Shown here in pieces: positions 11,208 to 23,000 of a stretch of 64,000 nt of DNA. Position numbers and translations under genes: made by a program. The DNA lies in NCBI RefSeq assembly GCF_006345805.1, contig NC_043008.1, positions 23,312,001 to 23,376,000 of the forward strand, in the 5' to 3' direction. The stretch's first letter is position 1, and the number at the start of each line of letters is the position of its first letter. This DNA is from Octopus sinensis. Lineage: Eukaryota. The notes under the pieces are model-generated. The model ran no database searches. It was given only the letters and a program-made list of their open reading frames with translations, and had not been told where the DNA came from.

Positions 11208-14200
11208 TGTGAGAATAAACTTGACTGAACAACTGTAAATAGTAGCAGTCTGAGTCAGAGTGAGAGAGTAGGTATTAATCGCAGAAAGTTGTAAGGCTTC
11301 ATTTTGGTAGTTTGTTAGAATATCATTTGTTGGTTTGTGTATAGTTTGTGGAGAGCTTGTTGGATTGTTACGTTGTTGTTAGCCTGCTTTGTTATATATG
11401 TTTATTGCTACTACATGATTATAGTGTAAAAAGGTATTGTCATAACAATTGGCAATACTACTATAATTGGTGATGAGGATTCAAAGCTCACACAGGTCAG
11501 TTAACAAATTTTTGTGATACAAAGTTGTTAATGACGGAAGATCTATTAGCTTCTGTAATACAGTTGCAAAAACAGCAGCAAGAATAGCAACAGGAGTTGC
11601 AGAAACAACTACTTCAGCAACAAGAAAAACAACAACAGTTAATGGAGCTATGTCTTAAGAAGTCTAGAAACACTATGAGTTCATTTTTGCCAGATGGTGT
11701 ATCAAATTCTATAACAGAATTCAGTTATGACCCAGAGGAGGATATAATGTTTGCAGCTTACTTTAGAATAGGCATCAGTAACCTAAACCAGGCCGTGGGC
11801 CACTGGGATACGTCAAGGCCACCTCGCAGGCTGCACCCCCCTCCCAACCTGAAAAAATTTACAGACACACAAAATCAATGATAATAAATATAAATTGAAC
11901 CTTTATTAAGACTTGCAGTAATCACAATGTGAAACAATTAATGTGAAGGCTGGTGATTCTTTGAAACAGACAGAGAGTCAATGTCCAGCTTGATGGACGA
12001 GGAGGCCTGGAGGAGAACATCTTGAAGATGAGTGTCTGTAAGCTGTGCTCTTGTCTTGTTCTTCATCAGTTTCATGTGGGTGAATAGCTGCTTGCAAGAG
12101 TATGTGGACCTGAACTATGAAGCTTAGGCGCAGGGCTTTCCGAACAAGAGCCTGGAAAACACTGGAGGCTAAGAGCAAATGCCAGAACTCCTTGGCATTA
12201 CAAGCACAAACTTTGCATGGTGGTTCTCTGAGCACTGGAGTTCAATGAGTTCTAGCTGAAGGTCATCAGCCACTTCCACAGAATCCACATCAAAGGGAGT
12301 GGAGAATAGCTTGAGCTCCTTCTCACAGGTGCACACATCTTTGAAGTGCCTCTTGAACTTACCTTGCAGCTCAGACAGGGCAGCAGTATAGCGACAGCAG
12401 GCAGCGGGGGTTGGGCGCCGCTCAGCCAAGTGGGTGAAGTGAGTAAATTTCCTCTGGTTGAACTGCAGCTCCCACAGGCAAAGTTTGCTAGGAGACCAGG
12501 CACCAAGATGTCTTTACTCTGCAGCTGGGTGTTCAGCTCATTTAGATGTCCAGTAACGTCCACTAGGAGCCTGAGGTCACACTCCCATGTGGGATCCTCG
12601 ACTAAGGGATAGGATTGCCCTTCTCTCGCAGGAAAGATGCCAGTTCATCCTTCAGGTTGAAGACTCTCTTCAACATCTTTCCTTGGCTGAGCCAACAGGC
12701 CTCGCAGAATTAGATCAGGTTGCTGAACTCTGCCTCATCATCATCCAAGAGAGTGCAGAACTATCTGTGGTTGAGAGCATGGGTCAAACAAAGTTCACAG
12801 CCTTGACAATGACAGTCATGACCTCTGTAATAGTCATGGCCTTGGTGCACAGAGACTCCTGGTGCACCAAACAATGAAAGTGTTTCACATTCTGCTAGTG
12901 TCCAAAGCTGTGTAGGTACTTCAGAAGAAGTGTCACAAAGCCCTTCTTGTCCCTGACCATGGCGAGTGCTCCGTCAGTTGTCATGCCGTACATGTGAGAG
13001 AGGTCCAGGTCAGCCTCCTTTAGCCAGTCTGTGACTGCCCTGCACACCTTGGTGCCAGTGGTGGTACCGCTGGGGAGGATAAGTCTGATGAACTCCTCAA
13101 AGCTGACGAAGTCATCTCTGCTGCCATGGAAGAAGATGGCAAGCTGAGCCATGTCCTTGATGTCAGTTGACTCATCCATGGTGATGGAGAAGAAGTGAGC
13201 GGACTGACACATGTCCTTTTGGGTGCCCCGGACATCGGTAGCCATCCCTATGCGGCAGGTCAAAGTCCTGGCAGATAGGCTGATGGCTTCAAGCTCACTC
13301 AACTTGTCAGGACACAGGTCCTTAACCTCAGCCATCATGCGCACCTTGATGAATTTCCATTGGTAAATTCCTTGAGGTTGGTGGCCACAAGGTGTGCAAC
13401 ATGGTAGTTGGCCTGAGTGTTGCTCTCAGCAGCTGCTTCCACCAATGAGACGATCCTCTTCATGAAGGGACATTACTTCTCCAGTTAGGCACTCAGACGT
13501 CCAAACTCTGCCTTTTTCTTATCCTCAGGCAACACAGCTTGCTTGGGGTGCACCGAAGTGAAGCGACGCTTCACGTTGCACGGCGGTTTCATGGCAGATG
13601 ACACACAAAGCCTTTCCCTTGTGCTCAACAAGGAAGAATGTTTCCCATTCCTTCTTGAAGGAGCGGTTCTTGTCCAACAGCTTCCTCTTCTTCACAGGCT
13701 GGGTACCTTCAGCCATCAGAAATATCACAGAAAAAATATTTATAACCAAGTCAATTGGAGTAGAAGCGAAAAATAACTCATCGTACAGTGATGCTATACT
13801 ACAGTATCAGACAAAAGGATGATTTCCTCTTTCTCTCTAACTCTGTCAGAATTTTCCCCAAAGTTACATTTATTCAGTGTCAGTATGATGAAAGTAGGAT
13901 GTTGTTCTGGCTGGGGAGAAGCCATTGATTGGCTCTGTTAAATTTGCTGTCGGTTCAAAAAACCCCACCAGGTCGCGGGAAATGTCTCTTGGGCCGTACC
14001 TAATGGAAATCTGGACAAGGTGCTGAGGGTCACACGGGAGGAGCTCACAGGCTGCTTTTGGCTCATGGGCCACTTTTGGCTTGCAGACTGCAGGTTGCTG
14101 ATGCCTGCTTTAGAAGGTATGAAGAAATCTTCAGGGAAGATTGTAAGTTATAGACAGACAATGAAAAAGTAAGACTGATAAAGTAAGCTGAACATGAAAA

Positions 14201-15760
14201 ATATTGTAATTTCATACTATCCAATAAAACTAGTGAAATTTGTTTCCAGGAAACAGTCAAACTACTATCAAAATATTCAGTGATAAGAGTACCCTATTTA
14301 TGTTGAATCTAGTTAAAAGAGATGAAGACTTTGTCACATGTGCCAAGACTGTAAACCAAATGTGAGAAAGGTTTAAACGGAATGAACTAACTCCTGATGT
14401 GTTTAAGGGCCTCGTTTTTGCACAAGGGCTTACAGTAAACAAAGATGTGGAGATACATGCAAAAATTCCCACAAAACTTGAACAAGTAGACAAAAGTTTA
14501 ACCCTGCAGACAGTTGCAGAAATAAAGACAGAAATATGAAGGTGGTGGTTCATGCCTCACATGCCCTGATTGCAGCAGAAAAAAATTACATTCAGATAGA
14601 GAAAGAAACTCAAGTGATTATTTTTGTCATGAAGAAATTTCACAGATTTCTCCATGGAAGAAGCTTCCGATCATTACAATCAATTTTTGGATTGAAGAAA
14701 GGAATTCCTACCCGTACAGCTAACAGATTACAATGCTGGGGTACACTATTGTTAAATTACAACTTTAAGATGGAGTACATTTCTTCCAAGAAAATTGGTC
14801 ATGTGGATTGTTTATCTAGGCTAATTCCAAAGAATGCGGAACCACTGGAAGATACAGTGATAGCTGCATTACAATCAGAAAAGGAATTTAAAAACGTTAT
14901 GTGTAATGTCATTCAGGAGTTGCCAGTGACTGTACAAGATATAAAAAGTAAATTAGCGGAGGATAAATGCATCATAAAAAAGAAGGAAACTTTGAAAATT
15001 AAACAAAAGAGAAACATGAATGCGAACCATTTTTCTCTCTGTCATGAAGTATTAATGTATGCACAAAGAGTGATAGTACCAACTGCACTACAGATATTAC
15101 AGGAATTTCATAGTGGACACCAGGGGATGTCAAGAATGAAAGCTTTGATGAGGAGTTATGTGTATTGGCTGACAATGGACTGGGACATTGAGAATTTGGT
15201 AAAATCATGTAGAGCTGTGCGTTAGCAGCCAAGGTGCCACTGGTTAAATACCATTCATGACCTGAGGTGGATAGTCCAGAGTACATATAGACTACACTGG
15301 ACCAGTGAATGGTGCTTACTACTTGATCATTGTTGATACCTTTACAAAGTGGCTGGAAGTATGTAGTTGCAGTCAACCAGCCTCGAAGGCAACAATTAAG
15401 TTCATACAAGTTTGGTATGTTTGGACAATGGAACACAATTTACAGGATATGAGTTCAAGGAATTCTGCAAAATGCATGCAATCAAGCTCATGTTTACCCA
15501 GCCCTACCACCTGAGGTCAAATGGACAAGCACTAAAAAAAAAAAGCAAGGAACAAGTTAGGAAATTACAAAGTGCTAACTAAATTCTTAAGGGTGTATAG
15601 AATAATATCCCATCCGAGTACTTGTTCAGGCAAGTTGCCTGCAGAGCTAATATTCACTCGAAAGATTAAATCAATCTTCAACAAATTGTTGCCAAAAACA
15701 AAAAAAAAAAACATATAAAGAAAATACAATAAATTCAAGTAAACATTTTTGCTGGCATGG
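11208..15760 (+). mobile_element. Decayed Gypsy (Mag/K02A2.6-like) element with protease-RT deleted, split by a hAT insertion
   Basis: Q-rich gag start (11535-11768) rejoins across the hAT as FAAYFR-RYEEIFREDC. Pol fragment 14536-15225 has RNase H (HASHALIAAEKNYIQIEKE) and the integrase Zn-binding region (HSGHQGMSRMKALMRSYVYW...C). Integrase core remnants follow to about 15620. The 5' LTR boundary (TGT at 11208, TGGTGATGAG at about 11468) is tentative. Confidence 0.8.
11769..14107 (-). mobile_element. hAT DNA transposon (SPIN/Charlie/GTF2IRD2-like), full length, transposase disrupted
   Basis: 16-bp TIRs TAGGCATCAGTAACCT / AGGTTGCTGATGCCTG (2 mismatches) and a perfect 8-bp TSD CTTTAGAA at 11761-11768 and 14108-14115. 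Transposase fragments: KRKLLDKNRSFKKEWETFFLVEHKGKALCVICHE, FSITMDESTDIKDMAQLAIF, GMTTDGALAMV, DVTGHLNELNTQLQ, LFSTPFDVD...LQLELIELQC. Confidence 0.95.
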
Positions 15761-16110
15761 GTTAGACAGTTTCACTGAAAGCTGGTAAGCTGGGGAGTTG
15801 CACCAAGTTCCAGTTTAATTTGGCATGGCTTCTACAGCTGGATGCCCTTCCTAATGCCAGCCACTCCAAGAGTGAAGTAGGTGCTTTTTACATGCCACTG
15901 GCATGTGTGCCTATTAGGAAACATCAGCATCAGCCATGACTACAATCTCACTTGGTTTGACAGGTCTTTTCAAGCATGGTGCATTGCCAAAGGTCCTGGT
16001 CACTTGTCACTGCCTCTGTGAGGCCCTAAGTTCAAAGGGTGCTTTTTACAAGCCACCATCATGTGTGCCAGTTATACAGCACTAGCATCAGCCATGATTA
16101 TGATTTCATA
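15760..16110 (-). mobile_element. Diverged RTE 3'-UTR/tail fragment
   Basis: GGCATGGGTTAGACAG...GGCTTCTACAGCTGGATGCCCTTCCTAATGCCAGCCACTCC matches the reverse complement of the RTE 3' end. Confidence 0.75.
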
Positions 16111-16644
16111 TGGCCTACAATTTCACACATACACAACAATTGTTTCGGCTTCATTCTGCACTACTTCCTAGTGTCTGTGGGATGATGTAATACCATCTGA
16201 TGCAATGCACACTACAGGTTGCCTGATTAGGTGATGTAACCTGCTTCAAAAGTTATATAATTTACACTTCATTTCACTCTAAGATTGTATGCTGTTGGTG
16301 AGTTGCTAGCAGTTCAGACACATTTTGGTGAAGTGAGGAAACTGCAGTCAGGAATTGGTTGACAAAAAGTGAAGACAACAAAAAATAAAAATATAAAGAA
16401 TCTAAAGTAAAAGTTGTTTATTATTGTGATCAAGAAGTAGTTGCTATAAAAATAGTAAAAAAATGCAAGAAATGTAATGTAAATGGGGTGGAGTGTTTAT
16501 GGCATAGGATTGAACCCCTATAACATGTGGAGACCTTAGTTGGTTGGCTATGGCTGTCAAGTGCGACAATGTGGTCAAGAATTTTGGTGGGGGTGTGATT
16601 TCCATCTTTAGACTTGGTGGGTGCCTACACCAACACACTCATAG

Positions 16645-17170
16645 AGACACTCACTCACACACACACACACACACACATATACACCTGTGTGTGTATGCAT
16701 GCATACATACACACACAATGTGTTCACACACACACATATATCTATACATTTATATGGGCACACATCCTTCATCCTGTCAATTCACAGCCCTGCCTATACA
16801 TGCACATACAAGTACACATGGACATACACTCACTAATATACACACTCATGCCATTTGGCGTATGTACATATATGTCTCTATAGTTACACTTATGCCTGAT
16901 GCCTACACACACATATACATATATATACACACACATATACATACATATATATATATATATATATACATACACATATACATATATGCATATACATACACAT
17001 ACACATGCACATACACACCTGCATACACATGCGCACACACATATATACTCATATTTTATTTTATATATAGTGTGTGTTCATATATACAAGCACAGATCTA
17101 TACAGGGTACATGTGTATTTAGTTAGGAAGATATAACCATACATACATTTATATGTGCATATATACATGG
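16645..17170. repeat. Compound (CA)n/(TA)n microsatellite
   Basis: Direct inspection; explains the spurious HT/YI/CV-rich ORFs. Confidence 0.9.
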
Positions 17171-18053
17171 ATGCATCTGTCTGTGTTTTCCTAGCTTGAG
17201 TTTCTTGGTGCATGCAAGTTATGGCTGTTGGGGTGCTGGGCTGTTGTACTGTAGGTGGTTTCTTGATGTGTATGCAGTTTGCAGTCCATTCAGTTAATTT
17301 GTTAATTACTCTTCTTCTACTCAGTAAAATGGACAAAGATTCTTCCAAGCACAACCCACTCCTCCTAGGAAGGATGTTGTATGGTTGTTCATGTCCAAAA
17401 GTGCCCGGAATAGTTCATAGTTGATGTTTTCTGATTTTAACCCATTCATTTTCGGTAGGCTTATTTCTTAGTATTTGAACTATTGTAGTTATTTTCTCAA
17501 TTTATCCAATACAACGCTTAAACAAGTAAATAGTATTCTCCTAAACAATAGATTCACTTATTTTGGTCAGTGACTTGACTTATTTACGAATATATCAACA
17601 TTAGTGCTGCTGAGGGTAATATTCTCTGGGAACACACAAAAGCTTTTTTCACAGTTAATTACTTTGAATTATTATTATTGCTTATCTGATTAGTCTGTTA
17701 TTACGTAATATGTTTCACGATTTTAGTATACATACCTTATTAATATTTCCTCCTAAAATCCATATACTCTGGGAGTGTATTAAAGCCCTTTTCAGGGCTA
17801 CTTTATTTGAATTCTTGCTATAGGGTAATTAATTTCATGTTATTACATAACTGACTTCACAATTTGGGTATTCATAACTTATTGGGAATTCCTAAAAACA
17901 AGATCCTTTGTAAGACAGTTCGGTATTCTCAATAAATACACCAAAACTGTTTTAAGAGCTACATACTTTGTATTGTTGTTATTGGATTAGCGAAACAATT
18001 ATGAGTGGAAACAAGGGATAAGCCCACTTTCCAGGAATTACCGGGTATGTCAG

Positions 18054-18089
<36 letters not shown>

Positions 18090-18091
<2 letters not shown>

Positions 18092-18385
18092 CTTATTATA
18101 GCCTCAGGCCGACCAAAACCTCATAAGTGGATTTCGTACTCAGAAGCTGAAAGAAGACTGTTGTATATATGTGTGTGCATGTATCTTGTGTCTGTACCTT
18201 CACCATTGCTTGACAACTGATGTTGCTGTGTTTACATTCCCATAACTTAGTGGTTTGGTAAAAGACACTCACAGAATGAGTACTAGGATTACAACAAATA
18301 AATCTTGTGGTTGATTTCTTCGCCCAACAGCAGTGCTCCAGCATGGCTGCAGTCACATGACTGAAACAAGTAAAACAATAAAAAT
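18090..18385 (+). mobile_element. tRNA-derived SINE, 5'-truncated and diverged
   Basis: Shares blocks GGCCGACCAAA...GTGGATTT...TGCTTGACAAC...CAGCATGGCTGCAGTCA...GACTGAAACAAG with the SINE copies at 48803 and 59985. Confidence 0.75.
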
Positions 18386-18715
18386 CTATGCCATTTCAAT
18401 CCCGAGCAAGGCCGGGTATTTCTGTTAGTATATATATATATCGCGAAGTATATTTTCCACCTAAATGTGGCAAATATACTTCATGATGTCGCGCCGCTAC
18501 TGTTTATACCTCGCTCAGAAATTTATTATATATATATATGGTGTCTTTGAAACCCAAAGGTGTCAGGTAATGCTGAATAAGTGCTATAGACAGACAATAG
18601 TTAACTTCCAGATTCGGTAATTTTGCGAATAAGGGGTTCAATGTTGGTTCTATGGTCTAAGTTTGAAAAATTATAATCTTATTAACAACAATTTGTCTCA
18701 GACATTAAATTCTTA

Positions 18716-18843
18716 CAGCGTATGTATATAATAATTTTTTGCTTAATGAGATAAAAAAAACCAAGGCTGTGTAGATATTAGAACATATCTACACAGCCTT
18801 GGTTTTTTATCTCATTACAAAAAATTCTTATATACACACGCTG
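18716..18843. repeat. AT-rich palindrome/hairpin
   Basis: Arms TAATGAGATAAAAAAAACCAAGGCTGTGTAGATAT and ATATCTACACAGCCTTGGTTTTTTATCTCATTA around a short loop; imperfect extension to CAGCGT / ACGCTG. Confidence 0.85.
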
Positions 18844-19093
18844 TTTTACTCTTTATCTTTTATTAAACTTTTAATACTTTTGATATATATTTAAAATAAT
18901 ATAAATTAATTAATTTTATGTATTGGCTTATGTTTTTCATTGTTTGATTTGCCTAATAGTGGTTTTATCTCTAATTTAATATAATATAATATAATATATT
19001 TATACTATAAAATTGGATTTAATCCTAAATCTGATTTTTCCCTGTAAGTTTGGATTTATTCCCTAATATTTTATTATTATATATATATACATG

Positions 19094-19174
<81 letters not shown>

Positions 19175-19247
19175 GACTATATGAGTGTAAGTATGTATAC
19201 ATATATAAGCTTTTGGCAAATCACTTATCTTATTTCCAATATTCCAG

Positions 19248-19398
19248 GGATTCCGAACTTCATGGAAACGAATTCAAAATTCGAAGCGAGTTGTTATACA
19301 TATGCCATCTTTAGGTTATCCAGAATATATTAGGAACAATATAAATTTTTTTAATATTCAAGAGAATAACCAGATATGCAGGATTTGTGACATTGTAG
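19248..19398 (+). CDS. IQCH: IQCH exon (GFRTSWKRIQNSKRVVIHMPSLGYPEYIRNNINFFNIQENNQICRICDIV-D)
   Basis: CCAG acceptor, GTGAG donor, 151 nt (phase 0 to 1). The peptide matches the IQCH segment I recall as W.RI..S.R.IIH.PSLGY...Q..R.CD, and it joins in frame to 24062. Confidence 0.9.
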
Positions 19399-19515
19399 GT
19401 GAGTTGCATATTTATCACATGAACGACTTATATGATTATCATTCTAATTCATACAATTTTCACATGTTAGCCAGGGCATGATTGTGCTTAGAATTTTTAA
19501 CATTAATACATTTCA

Positions 19516-19671
19516 AATCATCATCATCGTCATCGTCATTGTCATCATCATCATCATCATCATCTTCTTCTTCTTCTTCTTCTTCTTCTTCTTCTTCTTC
19601 TTCTTCTTCTTCTTCTTCTTCTTCTTCTTCTTCTTCTTCTTCTTCTTCTTCTTCTTCTTCTTCTTCTTCTT
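19516..19671. repeat. (CAT)n-(CTT)~36 trinucleotide tract forming the tail of a decayed minus-strand RTE end
   Basis: About 108 bp of pure CTT. Adjacent 19672-19850 resembles the RTE 3' end (TTTCCATGG...GTTGGATAGG...GGCTGGATGCTTTTC...AACCAC). Confidence 0.85.
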
Positions 19672-20559
19672 TTATAATTGCTACTTTCCATGGAGACATA
19701 TGTTGGATAGGTTATCATGCACTGTGCAGTTCTTATTTGGAGTTGCTACTCTCCTAAAGATTGGAGGAAAATGTCTTGCTCATATGTTTCAATTTCAGCA
19801 TAATTTATTTGGCTGGATGCTTTTCATAACAACAACCACTTCACAGACTGCGCTGTTCTTGAGACAACTTAAAGGCCTCTCTACCCTGCAACACTTTTAT
19901 TCATTCTCACCAATATTCTCACCAATACACAAATAATCTAGATGACTCAGGCACTGTCCACTTCAGTTTCCTCCATTCAGTCTTTTCAGAAAATTGTTGG
20001 GTGACTATTTTTTCCCATCATTTTAAAATTTATTATCAAACAGTTTGTCCTGAAGGAACAGTGTGTAATTTCATAGTCAGACAAGTGATGCAGTTGAAGC
20101 ATTCTATCACTTTTTTACCTTGATTTCTCACCCAATAAACTCTACTTTTTTAACTTCCACTTCTGTCTGTCGGTCTGTATGTATGTATATATGTATGTAT
20201 GAATCAATGAATGAATGAAAGAAAGATAATGATAAATTTCCATTCTTTAAATTTCTCTTGAGAAAATTTATGAATAAATATTTTTTACTAAAAAGTTGCA
20301 TTCTTTACGATAGTACTAATGAGCTTATTCATGATCAGTTGTATGTTGCACTCAATAGAGCTGTGGATCCATCAGATACAAAGATTTTTGGCTGGTCAAA
20401 GTCAATCTAACATAACAAAAGGATCTCACAAGTATTTCAATAATGAACATGTTAAATTCACTGAAATTATTGTATACATAGACATTGTTGGATTGTCAAA
20501 ATTATCTTTCTGTTGATGTTATATGTTATAGAAATATAAATAGATAAAACTAAATTGAA

Positions 20560-20690
20560 TATAGAAATATACTATTGACAATCCAATAATTTATTTATAT
20601 TACAATATTACATTAAATACTATAAATATAATATAACATAATATTATATAACAAATAAATTATTGGATTGTCAATAGTATCTCTATATTT
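20560..20690. repeat. Inverted repeat, about 38-bp arms, AT-rich spacer
   Basis: ATACTATTGACAATCCAATAATTTATTT versus AAATAAATTATTGGATTGTCAATAGTAT. Confidence 0.8.
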
Positions 20691-20764
20691 GATTTCTCTT
20701 TATAATTGATCAGAAATATTAAATTTCTAAATATCTCATAGAGATATGTACGGTGGTGGGGCGA

Positions 20765-21045
20765 TATAATGGTTGGATTCTGTCAACTTAACGTGACAGT
20801 AGGGGATTACACCACCGCTGTTTAGCCCTAGGAAGCATCGACGCTTCCTATTGGCTTCGACACACTTACTGTGTCCTTATATATTTACGAAGGGGAGACA
20901 AATACCCCCAACAGCTAGGCCTGCATCTAGAGACACGCATGTTTCAGGGTCCTTGCCAACAGGAAGCATCGATGCTTCCTAGGGCTAAACAATGGTGGTG
21001 TAATCCCCTACTATCATGTTAAGTTGACAGTATACAACCTTTATA
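20765..21045. mobile_element. MITE-like element with about 90-bp terminal inverted repeats
   Basis: Left arm TATAATGGTTGGATTCTGTCAACTTAACGTGACAGTAGGGGATTACACCACC...CCTAGGAAGCATCGACGCTTCCTATTGGC pairs with 20955-21045. Each arm contains the internal palindrome AGGAAGCATCGA(C/T)GCTTCCT. No coding capacity. Confidence 0.8.
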
Positions 21046-21934
21046 ATTGAATTATACCAATATTTATATGGTATCCAACTGATGTACCAGTGAATTGGAT
21101 GTTTAATACACCCTTTTGAAGGATCTCTTTTCTTCAGTCTGTTTCTTTAAATAGATAAAAAGTAACATGTATTTTAATTCATTAAATGTTTCTTTTATTT
21201 CAAAATTGTTTCACTTTTCTATCTAATTCTTTTTGGAATATATTCCGATACTTCAATGATACAAAGTATTATTTATTCCAGAAGTAAAACAATGGATATG
21301 CACTAGTCGATACAATAATCCTTTCAAATTTTGGTGCAAGGCCAGCAGTTTTGGGGAGAAAGTGTTAATCAATACAATCAACTTGAATATTACTTCATTG
21401 ATCCCACCAAAACATTGAAAAGCAAAGATTCATCTGTCTTCCTGTCACAAAATTTCCAGTTTAGTTCATAACTTCTATCTCTGTCTGTCTCTTTGTGTGT
21501 GTGTGTCTGTCTCATTGTGTGTGTGTGTGTGCATGAGTGTGTGTCCTTGTCCTTCTCTGGATTTCTGTGTCTGTATAAAAGTAAATTATACATACACACA
21601 TAGAAATACATATATATATATGAATATGATATTATCTAACATATAATTGCCAATCAAGTGTGGCATCCTATACTGGACAGTGCTACTGACGTTTATAGCC
21701 CCAGGAAGACATCTCTTCCAGCTGGCTAAGGACATACATTCTGTGTCTGATTAGTATTTCCATCTCAAGCCTTACATGATACACATGGACTTGAATTTCT
21801 GGGTGGTTACCCATGCTCAGCATGTGTTAATCACAAGCTAGTGATGAAAACTCATTCCATTAACGAACTGTCACTGAGCTCGAAAAAGGAGAAATAAACT
21901 ATATTAAATTTTGAAATCTACCTGGCTATCCCTC

Positions 21935-22160
21935 CATGTTTATCTGTGTATCTATCTGTTTCTCCATCTGTCTATGTAACTATCTATGTATGCATATATC
22001 TTTCTGTTTCTATCTATCTACCTATTTACTTTGTCTATCTGTCTGACTGTTGCCTGCCTGTCTGCTTGCGTCTGTCTGCCTTCCTGCTTTCCTGTCTGTC
22101 TGTCTGTCTCCCTCTCTTTCATTCCCCCTCTCTCTCTATCAGTTTGTATATCTATCAGTC
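21935..22160. repeat. (TCTA)n/(TCTG)n degenerate tetranucleotide microsatellite
   Basis: Direct inspection. Confidence 0.8.
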
Positions 22161-22576
22161 CATCACAATTATTACCTCAATCTCTCACCCAATGCACCAG
22201 CATTTTTAACTCACAGGCACTATCTACCCCCCTTAGTTTATTCCATTCCATCTTTTTAGAAAAATAGTTGAATGTTTACCATCTTACAATCAATTTTAAG
22301 AAACTCATATAATGTTTGAACAATTTTTCATGTATGAAGAATATGTAATTTCGAAGTGACAACCTGCAATGCAGTGTCAGCATATGAAGAGATCAACATT
22401 ACATTAAGGACAAAGACAATCATTTTGGCAAGGAGATATTGGGAGACACAATGAACAAAGTAGAAAAATTGTCAGGAAAACGAAGTAGCAGGATATGTGT
22501 GTCAACATAGAATTGCAAGAGAACAACTGTCTGAAGAATGATGTCAGCATTTTCTAACATGAGATGTTACAAAATG

Positions 22577-23000
22577 TTATTTATTCTGTGCAGAAAATAA
22601 TAGGTCATGCTCTAGTCTATCATGCTCACTGAATTATATAATCAAGAATAAGAGTAGGAAACTAATTTTTCTGTCCCCTGTTATGAAATATTGTCTTGAG
22701 ATAACACTGCATATACCAAAGGTAGCTGTAAATGATATGATATGATATGAGGTGGATAGCTGGATAGTGAGAAAGCGATAAAAATAAGGACTGAAGGGTC
22801 AGTGGCATTCCATCAGCACATTTTGTCTGTTCAGCAATATCATGATATAATCTGGTCATAATTTGTTTTCAAGACAATATTTCATAACAGGGGACAGAAA
22901 AATTAGTTTCCTACTCTTATTCTTGATTATATAATTCAGTGAGCTTAACATTTATGATAGACTAGAGCATGACCTATTATTTTCTGCACAGAATAAATAA
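22577..23000. repeat. Long near-perfect inverted repeat (foldback)
   Basis: 22577-22699 is the reverse complement of 22869-23000 apart from a 9-nt indel; spacer about 170 bp. Confidence 0.9.

Noticed and set aside
15760-16440. 3' LTR of the Gypsy element starting at 11208
   Set aside because: No recognisable second copy of 11208-11465 was found.
17240-18050. Possible minus-strand Penelope-type RT remnant
   Set aside because: Only faint motif echoes with many stops and frameshifts; not supportable without a profile search.
19460-19936. Poly-E/D, poly-F and poly-S ORFs
   Set aside because: Translations of the (CAT)n(CTT)n tract.
20319-20516. 65-aa ORF as an extra IQCH exon
   Set aside because: No similarity to IQCH; exons 19398 and 24062 already join in frame to give the expected CDIV-DPNV sequence.
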